Positions 15,771 through 27,100 of a stretch of 64,000 bases of DNA are shown one piece after another. Under the pieces are notes generated by a model, which did not search any database, was not told where the DNA came from, and was given only the letters and a program-made list of their open reading frames with translations. Where the stretch lies: assembly GCF_902652985.1 (NCBI RefSeq), contig NC_047019.1:30938001-31002000 (forward strand). Direction: 5' to 3'. Position 1 is the stretch's first letter. The number at the start of each line of letters is the position of its first letter. Made by a program: the position numbers and the translations under genes. Source of the DNA: Pecten maximus. Taxonomy: Eukaryota.

Positions 15771-16069
15771 TATATAGCCTTGCATACCTACACAGCGCAC
15801 ATGTCCATAGCCTCACATGTCTTCACACATCACAGGTTCATTGGCCTGCATGGCTACACTTGTCAGAGGTGCATACACATCACAGGTTCACTGCCTGTTT
15901 GGCTCTTATTAACTACACAATCATTATTTCATTACTGTCTATCACTGTTGTAAGGAATGAGCTGAACATAATTGTTACTTGAAGAAAAATCAAATGTTAT
16001 CTTTGTTATATAAGCCAAGTGATAGAAATTGTGAGTGTGACTGCACCTGTTGATGTGATTGTGTGAGGC

Positions 16070-16314
16070 ATGTTGTGTCAGTAATCCCTGACTGGGGGCT
16101 GATGGTGTACAGGAGGTTTGAATGGAGAATGTTGTGTCAGTAATCCCTGACTGGGGGCTGATGGTGTACAGGAGGTTTGAATGGAGAATGTTGTGTCAGT
16201 AATCCCTGACTGGGGGCTGATGGTGTACAGGAGGTTTGAATGGAGAATGTTGTGTCAGTAATCCCTGACTGGGGGCTGATGGTGTACAGGAGGTTTGAAT
16301 GGAGAATGTTGTGG
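16070..16314. repeat. 59-bp perfect tandem repeat, 4 copies
   Basis: Unit ATGTTGTGTCAGTAATCCCTGACTGGGGGCTGATGGTGTACAGGAGGTTTGAATGGAGA. Confidence 0.95.
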
Positions 16315-19300
16315 CAGTGCTTTGAGAGTATGTTGAGGGTAAGATAGTCCTTAACTAAAGTGAACCATCTAGTCAAATGTTGCTGGATTGGCTGGACAAC
16401 TTTTCTTTGGCTGAATCAGTAGAACACTTGACAGTAATAGATCTGGGTTAAAATATGATTGCTGTTATTACAGGGTATGGGCTTGTTACCTTATAATTAT
16501 ATTATTCTGAAATGATCATAACTTGATTGAAAATAATTGGGTAGGACATGAGATGGTGTTAGATTTTTTTTTATCATAAAAAACACTCACTTGAAAGTTA
16601 TTTATAAGGGGCATTTGAGCGAATATGTAAAACTGCAATATTTTAGATAAATATAATTATGTTTGAAAAAAGTGCTGGTTCAAATGTAAGTTCAAATTAT
16701 GAATCAATTAAGTATGCTTCATTGGGTAAGCTGTTAGTCACTAGCTTCTCTGGAGAACAAAAATGTGATAGATGTGCAGTAGTATTTAAATATTTCTTGG
16801 CATTGTAAGTGAAAAGTATTTTGAACAAAAAGGAAATATTCTGTTTACTGTATTATATATTTCTGATAATTGTGATTTCTAGGTGAAACACATGTTTATT
16901 GATTTCTTAACTTAGAAAGAAAATCTTAGTTGTATTGTACAAATTTGAATTATTTTTCTTGCATCAACTTAGGAAAATATTCAAACAACATAATTATGAA
17001 ATCTTGACAGAATGGAAGCATTGATGATCAACTTTGTGTATGTACAATGGCTGTGAGGGGTGTGCTATTGACTGGTATAGGGCTCTGTTAAACACCTCAG
17101 GAATAGAAATTTCCTGGGCTGGTCTTCATACACAATCAGTAATTCTTTGCCTTGACTGAGAAGTTAAAAATCAAACATTTTACAAGCAAAACAATTATTT
17201 TGAATTAAGTATGCATGCAATATATTCTTTGAACCTCTCTTTTTGTGTCTTCTTCGAGCACATAAACAAGAGGACAAATTAAATTCAGAGCTTGAAATTT
17301 ATGTGTAAGGTGCACTTTCTAAATAAAATTAAATTCCAATCATGGCAGAAATGTATGCTATTAAAAATAATTCATAGTTAAAAGCATTTAGAAGAAATGT
17401 GTGCTACACAATGTTTATTAGGTGAAATTTATGTACAATTGTATGTGTCATAGTGCTGTACATATTAACATCATTTACTACACGGGTCAAAACACCTTGT
17501 AAAATTTCATTGCTTTTTATTCATCCTTATATTGTGTTCTTGTTTGTGACATTAGGCAGCAATCTTTCTTTATATTTTACAAATTTGGAGGCCCCAAATC
17601 TGGACAACATTCATCTGGAGGTACTTTAATTACATTTGAGGGCCCCAAGTCTGGCTTCCATGAAATAGTATTGAAACATAATATTCCATAAAATGGTATT
17701 GAAACATATTACATCAGGAGTGTTGAGATGTTTCCATAATTTTAACTAAATTCTGTTTCGCTTTTTATGATTTGAAAGTTTTTTTTTATTAAGAATGGAG
17801 AGTACAGTTTTGTACACAATAGTTGTAATGTAGGTTCATTGACACATTCAGTCAATGCAGTGTTTTATTTTTGTAATATAAATTTTTGTTTTATTTTTAA
17901 TCAAAGGCTATTGACCTTTCAAAAAATTAATGTAAATTTTAGATTTGTTTTACAATGTGACTATGAGGGAGCGATTGTGAATATTTGGGTGAGAGTGTTT
18001 GTGTGCTTTCATTGAACTATTTTATATACCATTGTGATAAGCATCGTTAAAAATTGAATAATTTCTTGCTCAAATCAGAGCATTGGCCCCATGTTTAGGA
18101 TGTGGTAATGTTGAGTGTTATACTGTGAGTTTAAAACCCAGTTTGTGTGGCATCTTGCACACTTTGTTAATGCGTCTGTTATTGTAATGTCATTTGGTCA
18201 GTAATACACCCAGCATACATCAGCTCTGTCTACAAACATAATGGAGATCATTTTAGTCAGCCATTAAAAAAGATAAAAATTGCATTCTTATAAAAAGGAA
18301 AAAAATGATTCTGTGAAGAAATTCTTACTTGGAAAATTAATAATTTAAACTATCCAAATCTTTAATCCTAGTACCAGGACATTGAACATAATTAAGGTTA
18401 ACGCCATTATAAAGGTAATTCCTAGATAACAAGAGCTAGATGACAAAGCTGGAATTAAGAATAGAGGTGTATGTATGGTTTATGTGTTACTGCGTGTATC
18501 AGATTTATATAGATATATCATATACATACTACAAGCTATATGGTCAGCTTCCCCAGCTTGTTTGTTGGTCAAAGCCTTTCAAGTTGACTGTTGTGTTGAT
18601 TGATTCAGCTGTACAGTACTGAGGTATTGTGTATATTTTGAAGAGCTGATAAATTCTATTCATTGTTACTTTATTTAGTGTATATGTGGAATCACATTAT
18701 CATCCATGTCATCTGAATGTCCAGTCACTGATTCTGCATGTGTCGTCCTGTATTGTAGTGATGAAGACACTAGATAAACTGTTTGTGGGGCTGCTATACA
18801 GAGTCCCGTCCACGTGCTCTTACAAACTTGTACAGAGATGATATATATATATATATAATGCTATATCAGTGTAAAGAATTTTACAGGAATTCATGTGGAA
18901 TAAATAGATGAAAGTCAATTAAGAGTTTTATGCATTATTTTTTACCAAACGAGCTGTCAGCTATGGTGTGGTGCTAAGTCGGTCAATCTTCTGTCAGTCT
19001 CTATGCTTATTAGATCTGATCACCAGTCTCTCTGTCTGTAAACTATCTGTATTACTACTCTTTCTGAACGGATGATGACACAGAGTCAAGACATTTACTA
19101 TTTATGAGTAGGGCATATTGACTCCCCCTCCCAAAATATTGACACAGTTCTTTGTCAGTCTTAATGAGAAATAGATCTGGCATCCTGTTTTAATTCATAT
19201 TTATTTGCCTGACATGACGGAAAGATAGTCTGACCTCACCCATGCGACTTGGTCCCAAGACCGCACCATCGCACCAAGCGAAGATCATGTGAAGATGTAG

Positions 19301-19328
19301 GTCAAGAAATACTCTGCGAAATGTCCTG

Positions 19329-19545
19329 GGTCATATGAGGAAGGAGGTCAACAAATCACTTATATAACTGCCGAAGGTCATGAGGAGGAGGTCAACAAAT
19401 CACTTATATAACTGCCGAAGGTCATATGAGGATGGAGGTCAACGGAACACTGATATAACTGCCCAAGGTCATATGAGGATGGAGGTCAACGGAACACTGA
19501 TATAACTGCCCAAGGTCATATAGAGACAGAGGTTAAAGAAACACA
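19329..19545. repeat. ~47-bp tandem repeat, 4-5 copies
   Basis: Unit GGTCATATGAGGA.GGAGGTCAAC....CACT.ATATAACTGCC.AA. Confidence 0.85.
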
Positions 19546-20956
19546 TTACTTAAGAGCCTTGGTTGTATGAGGACAAAGGTCTAAGAAATGCTAATATACT
19601 GGCCCAAGGTCAGGGGTTGGAGGTCAAAGAAACAGTAACAAAAGCAGACAAGAAAGAAAGAACAAAGGAAGTAAAGCACAATTCAAACATCCAAAATGTT
19701 TCAATGGGTGCCGCAGATCTATGTTTCTCTCTTCAATGTCCTCTAATTAGAAGACACAAAAGAAAATCTCAGCAGGGGGCCACTTTTTATCATCTCCTAT
19801 GATCAAACATTTTTCCAGGTCCCTATATACAAGGTATCGAAGACATTATAGAATACATCCCGGTTCTGCAGGAAGTCCCACAATTAGTCACCTCTTGCGT
19901 CATGCAGCAAACTTCACTAGACATATTCTTGTTCCGCCTCTGCATGGATTCAGGGCCTGATGATGACATTGTGATGATGTCCGTCATTCATGTGTATAAA
20001 AATCTAAACACAGTTATTATGAAACTTACTTGAAAAGCAAATAGGTTGAGCTCAAGATAAATGCATGCATAATTGCAGTAATTACTGCTTGTGGCCCCGC
20101 TTATGTTTTTCCATTTTCTAGCCTGAACAAGGTATGGTCATAACCAGACACCGCATAAACAGTTTCTGTAGTAGACACATTTTCTGTCCAATACATTGTA
20201 GCTTATGGGAGACTGACAAATAATCAACCTGAATTATAAGCATTAACAAATGAAACACTCAAGACAAAATAGTATATACTATGTTTGACTCTCCTCGCGA
20301 ATTAACGCGAAAATAATTCCCACGCGAAATATAAGTGATTTACAGTATGTACCAATGGGTAAAAGGTAGCATTGCTAAGGGCTGATCTTACTTCCCTCTG
20401 TGTATTGTTCATAATCCTCTGTTTCCCCATGCTGTGTACATTCTATATCATGTAGTACACCCCAATATCTAGACCCTTTTACTTCCTTTGTCATTTTCAA
20501 TGTGATTTGATTCACCTCCCACCTTAGCCCTGTCTTTACCGCCTTTAATACGATTTGACCCTTTCTAATTCTCTGTCCAATGTGGTCTCATCTTTCTGTC
20601 TTTGTCCTCATCAATATGATCTCATACTTCCGATTTTGTCGTCCTCAATGTGAGCCGACACTTCTGTGACTTTGTCCTCTTCTTTGTCCTTTTTTTGTCC
20701 TGGTCATTGTGATCCGACACCCGTCTTCTGTCCTTGTTATCATTACAGACTATCTTGGAGAGGTGAGTATTGTCGAATAACCAAATTATGGAAGAAGCTT
20801 GACTAGCTTGTTCAGTTCCTAGAAAACAACACATAATCATAGAATATTTTAGCGAATAGAAGACGGTCGTTTTAAGTGACGGATTATAACAGGTATCGAG
20901 ACATCAGTTATATTCATGATATACTATTCAATGTCAAGTACTGTTGGAAACATCTG

Positions 20957-21190
20957 GGCTCAGTTGTTCAAAATGTGTTTAGCTTAATCAATTGATTAGT
21001 TAAAATTTCATTTCTCATTTGTTGCAAAACCTGTGAGTATATCATCTTTAAATTATGCCAGTTGGAAGAGAATTAAGAATTAGAGAATTTCATAAAGTTT
21101 TGTTAAGCTAATTCTACCATAAATTATATCAGGATTTGAATAATGCTGTTAAAATGTGATTAGACTAATCACATTTTGAACAACTGGGCC
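20957..21190. mobile_element. PIF/Harbinger-like MITE, copy 1
   Basis: TIRs GGC(T/C)CAGTTGTTCAAAATGTG; flanked by CTG/CTG; homologous to 53028-53288 in opposite orientation. Confidence 0.8.
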
Positions 21191-22149
21191 CTGATGTCTG
21201 AAATCCTAACGTGAAATATGCCTGTTTAAAAAACTGTTTGTACAGCTTACACAATCCGCGATGTACCATCTCCGTTTTCTGTGGTAATTGCGGTCTGGCG
21301 GGCGCCTGCTGCTCCACGTGATTAGTGACGGGTCGGTACACATGGACACGCCTCGAACATTGTCGAGCGTAAAACATGGGTCAAACAGCAGACCAAGGGT
21401 CAGAAAAGTCAATGTAAAACACCATCTTACGTACCGTTATAACATTACATACCGCTCCTGTTAGAACTCACACGCCGTCTTTACAGACACGTGTAGCAAT
21501 CCTGCTGCTGAAGCCAACTAGACTGGGATGTTTGACAGGGGGATATAGGACACTGTGCTGATTACAATTTTTATGTTTCTTTGGATTTTCAAGTTATTGC
21601 GAAAAGGACATACAATTCCCTAGAAAATTAACTTCGAAAGCAAACCCACTTATACTGCCAAGCTCGCCTTTAGAATACATTGTTATCTATAATGAGAAAG
21701 GACAGCTGTACTGGCTATTCCGCTGGACTGAAAACGTTAGGAGGAACACTAATGTAGCTGGTTATGGAGACATATTGATTTCTTGCTCTCCACGTCTATG
21801 GAAAGATGTAGGCATCGTTAATTGCAGCAGGAAAGAGAGGTCATCACCACGTACATGGTCAAATAGCCGATGGTCAGAATGACCGTATTAAATAATTGAT
21901 ACCGCATCATTGACTTTAAATGTCATAGAATATGCTGCGATACATCTTACTATAATCTCGGCAGCATTCAGAATCGATATGTAACTAGCTTTACTGCCAC
22001 TGGCCATTGCTACACATTCAGAGGACATTGACACTATAATGATGTCGCACCAACACGTCTAGTGCAGATAGGACACATAGATCACACATTTCGCAAGTTA
22101 GATCACGTCGTAACAAATTGAAGGGGGCTGGGAACCAAGCAGCACTGTC

Positions 22150-22995
22150 GAAAATACAATGGACAATGTTTTATAGTCCAGAAATATCAATAAAAACTGA
22201 CAACGTTTTATCGTTCAGAAAATTACGTAAGAATGGACAACTTCTCAACAATCTCGAATATCAATACAAATGAACAACGTAAAACCAATCTAAAATTTCA
22301 ATATTACAATGGACAATGCTATAACAGCCTTCAATCTCAACAATTGCCAATGGTAAAACAGTCTAAAATCTCAATAGGACAATGGACAATGTCATAATAA
22401 TCTGAAATATAAATATGATCATTGACAATGCTATAACAACCTTAAATCTCAACATAACAATTGATAATGGTTACAAAATCTAAAATCTCAATGGGACAAT
22501 GGACAGTGTCATAACAATCTGAAATACCAATAACAAAGGACAACGTCATAGCAATCTGGAATATCAATATAACAATGACAATGTCATAACAATCTGAAAT
22601 ATCGATATAACAATGGACAATGTCATAACAACCTGAAATCTTAATATGAACAATGGGCAATGTCATAACAATCTGAAATCTTAATACATGTATGACAATA
22701 GACAATGGTTAAACAATCTGAAATATCGATATAACAATGGGCAATGTCATAACAATCTGAAATCTTAATATAACAATGGACAATGGTTAAACAATCTGAA
22801 ATATCAATATGACAATGGACAATGGTTAAACAATCTGGAATCTTAATATAACAATGGACAATATCATAACAATCTGGAATCTTAATATAACAATGGACAA
22901 TATCATAACAATCTGAAATCTTAATATAACAATGGACAATGTCATAACAATCTGAAATCTTAATATGACAATGAACAAATTGCAAGAATCTGAAT
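22150..22995. repeat. 39-bp minisatellite (about 20 copies)
   Basis: Unit AACAATGGACAATGTCATAACAATCTGAAATCTTAATAT; produces the spurious CYDIVHCYIKISD ORFs. Confidence 0.9.
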
Positions 22996-24132
22996 TCTCA
23001 TTTATGATTAAGTAAATGATGTTTCCAAAAGGTTGATTTCAGAAATGTGTTCCAAGAAATGTGTCTTACTTAAAACATACTTCATTGCCAAAATTAATTT
23101 GAACGAGGGATTAGGGCAAAAGTTAGGTACCATTATACAACATAAAAACATTTACAAAATCGGATGGATTTGAAGAAACTCTGCACACATCTAAACACAA
23201 TGGTGTAGTAGGGTATGGTGGTAAAGGTTTACAGAATAGTCTGGATTACAAACAAAAGTAGTTCTAAGTTTAACTCAATTCCTAACTCATTTATAATGCT
23301 AATTTCATTGTTGAAAAAACTGACACATAAAGAAAATGTGAAAGGCATTCTCACATGGATGTCCGCAGATACACGATAAAGATCATATTTAAGGGATATG
23401 CAAATATGTCTGTTTAGTATGCAACATGTTCAACTTTTGTTCTCCAATGCTGAAGTAAATAGGTAGGAATGGTTTTATATTTTAGGGTTGAGAAAGCGTG
23501 TTTAAAAAAATTAAAGGAGGGCGATGACCACATTGATGGATCTAATAAGCCCAAGCTTCAAATAGTTGATGGTATTAAGGAGAAATTTGCAAGAGAAAGC
23601 TTGCCTAAAGGAGGAAGTCTGTAATATAAATGAATGATTTATATATATATTAAAATCAGTTTTTCGACTTAACAAATATGTCAAATCCGTTTTCCGATGA
23701 TTTTTAGACATGATGAAGAAGATTTTAATAAAAATCACCAACAGCTGATTCAAATACATCGACGGTAATATCATTATTATTAATTAAAAATAATAAGAAT
23801 TATTTAAGAAAACTTTCTGTTGTCTACTTATCTAACCATGTACAGTACATAGCTTTCCTCGTAACTTGCCTTCAAATCTTTATGGCAACCCCGGTCAAAG
23901 GTCTTTTTTCTCTCAGGATCAATACAAATGTGATATACAATGTACCGTATTTCAATGAGATGATTCACCGTACAACGAGCATGCATAAAACCAGTTAAAA
24001 ATTAATGAGTAAAGTAATCTCGAATAAAGTTTTGGTCTAATCCACGTTTTTTTTTGAATGGTAGGCCTACAACCCTTTGTATGGTGAGAGTTCAACACCA
24101 ATGGAAGGTAGACAACTCTTGCTAAAATGGTA

Positions 24133-24172
24133 AGACCGGAAGTAGAAAAGGTAAAGAGAAAGTAGACAGCAC
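24133..24172 (+). promoter_or_regulatory. Candidate ETS-site proximal promoter of paralog A
   Basis: AGACCGGAAGT..AAAGAGAAAGTAGAC, similar to 52695-52730 upstream of paralog B. Confidence 0.45.
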
Positions 24173-24173
24173 T

Positions 24174-27100
24174 ATGGACGTAACGACGTTACTGTACGTG
24201 TCGGGGTTTCTGGTCTGTATTACATACTATTTTTCTCAATAAGTTATGGTTGATGTCAGTTTTAATTGATCTTTATCACTATAGACACTGTATACAATAA
24301 TATTATCGCAATGATCGAAGCCTGACTTCCATACTGATCGTAACGTCTGACTTTACCTGTCAATGGATGATTCTGGTCTTCTTTGGTTTACGGGGGCTCC
24401 ATCATTAGTGATGATTATACCATGTGGGGTTAGGCATGAAAGCGGGTTATTTACAGTGTTTTTTTTTTTTATTTTGTTTTTTAATTTTTGTGCAGGGTAT
24501 AGATTAAAGGTAAAAAAAAATCCAGTGTGTTTTAGTGTGTGATGAGGGCTCCAAATATGTGTCTTGAAGTCCTCTAGTGCTGTGGATAGATATGCTGCTC
24601 TTCGGAAGAGATTCCATTATGTTACTGTTTGTGGAAAGAATGGATATTTGTATGCATGAGGGTGTGCATGTCTCATTTGGGTGTTTGTAGGAGGGAGTAT
24701 TCATGTTGGGATTAAGGCTACGATTTGGTGTAGAATTTTGTACAAAAGAATGGTTCTTACGTATAGACAAACATGTTTGTAGTGTTGCCCATTTTAGTTT
24801 GTGGATCATGTCTCGCATTTTAATGAACCCAGGTGTTGTGGTATCTGTTATAATGAAAATAACCTTTATTTATCGTCGTTTACCTGGTTAACAAGCAATA
24901 TAAGCTCTTATTGCTGCTGAGGGAACAGATATTGTTTTGAATGTTGGAGAAAACCCATCAGGGAAAACCACTGTGCCATTGATGGGGAAACAATGAACCC
25001 AACAGACATCATCCCTGTTGCCAGCATGGCTTGAAACCTACGTTCTAGGGGAGAGTGGTCTGAAGTTCATGCATGACTGTACTTACAACTGTCAGTGCAT
25101 TAGCGATCGCGGCTACCGAGCCACCCAAGTGTCAGATACCAATATAGTTCTAAACAGACAAACCATTTTGATCCAGCTGAAATTCTTGTAGAACTTGAAT
25201 ATTTTTTTTAAACACTGTTGAATCACAGGGTTCGTTACTAATGATATGATATATAAGATAGTCAAACTGTCAAATGTATGCATGCAAGCTAGCCCCAGTT
25301 TCCTATGGCCTTGACACTAGACTTGGACATACTGAGTGAGCTGATATACATGACGTCACAGGGTGTAGATTTACACAAATATGACTGTGGGTTATAACTA
25401 CACTCTAGATCTTTGTATATTTACTAAATATAGATATTAATCTTCTGCAAAATTATCTTTTATTCAAAATTAGAATAAGTTAAATTACTCTCTAGAAAAG
25501 CTTGATTTCTCCCGCTCTCTTCAATGATATTTTATAAATACAAATATTTATGTTCAAATAAAGATGTTATAATTTACTACTTTTCATTTATACTGTGGTA
25601 TCGGATTGCAATACTGGCCGCATTCCAAAATTTTCTAATATGGCTACCAGATTCCTGCTGTGTGCAAACACTCTATAGGCTGATCTAGAGTAGGCATCTA
25701 TTTGTCAGAATGTCCCAAGTCTGGTATCAGGGCTAGAGGAAACTCATTATATGTGATCCATCTCATCTCTTATATGATATCATTTGTAACAAACTTTTGA
25801 GGTTGAATACATTGTAGATAAACTGGTGTATTAAAATTAATTCATTTCTTATAGGACCTCTTTGGTGTCAGCATGATAGTGTCACAGATTGGAACTCACG
25901 CACGTGAACTTGGTGCTTCATCAACAGCAGCAGGATTTGTCGGTAATCATGCAACATATTCATATACAATTTTAGTGAAATACAAACTTTTCTATTAGAC
26001 ATGGATATATATGATTGTATGTACAGTGTATCTTTGTTACAGTTTATTAAAACAGCCAATATTTTATTGAGTCTAGATCTGTACCTTGATCATGGTTCCA
26101 ATTCGCTAACTGTTGTGGAGTTTTATAAAGCATTTTACACATTTGAATGACCAAGAGGCCCATGGGCCTTAACGGTCACCTGAGTTTTGATATAGTTTGG
26201 CATATTTGCCCCCTATAACCTTGAATGAAGGTTAATCCCAGCATGCTACAGACCTAATATTTGGTCTCTGGGCCTTTTGGTTATCAAGGAGAAGTCTTTT
26301 AAATATTTTAGCATATTTGACCCTGTGACCTTGAATGAAGGTCAAGGTCATCCATTTGAACAAACTTGGTAGCCCTTTATCCCAGCATGCGACAGACCCA
26401 ATATTAGGTCTCTGGGCCTGTTGGTATTTGTAAAGTGTAAATGGTTTACAACGGACGACGGACGATGCACCATGGATGCCGCCAGACAAAAGGTGATCGC
26501 AATAGGTCAACTGAGACTTCATCCTAGAAATGCTAAAAATGCTTTCAACTATAAGAGTAACTCGATTCAAGCTAGTGCATTAACAGTACTCTTACAACCA
26601 TTGATATGGGCCCGAAACAGTGAAAAAGGAGAGTGGCATTATACTTGTAAATGTACGTTGATGTTTATCAGGTCACCAGTGATAACTTAGTGTTGTTACT
26701 ACTCAATGTTACAGGATTACACGGTGAGAATATTCTATATATGACAGCGCAGGATTAATTTAATTTAAATCACTGCCGCTGCTAGGGATCCAACTCGGGA
26801 CTTCTGGCTTACTAGTCTTAGGCTCAACTGATCAAGCTAAAGAGAAAATCGCTATAGCTGAGCGGTGTATTGCAGCTAGTGTTTACTAGGGTTACATACT
26901 CCCCCTCCAGGAAAGAACTCGTCCTCAAGTTTTCGAGGGGTAACAGCGATGCCTTCGCAGGCAGCAATGAGTATCATTCCCGAGTCCCTACATGGGCGCC
27001 AATGTAACAGAGCGCATGATTAATTAAATTTAAATCACTGCCTCCGCTAGGGATCAAACCCAGGACCTCTGCCTTACTAGTCTTACGCTCAACCGATCGA

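Noticed and set aside
8595-16314. Regular repeats resembling CRISPR arrays
   Set aside because: The units are head-to-tail with no unique spacers, there are no cas genes, and the context is eukaryotic.
22442-22985. Cys/His-rich repetitive ORFs (also 28151-28519, 46683-46933, 54475-55062, 60483-62192, 62873-63193)
   Set aside because: They are translations of minisatellite or satellite DNA, with no splice or domain support.
24870-25130. Possible old tRNA-derived SINE on the minus strand
   Set aside because: Too degenerate; no TSD or second copy in the window to support it.
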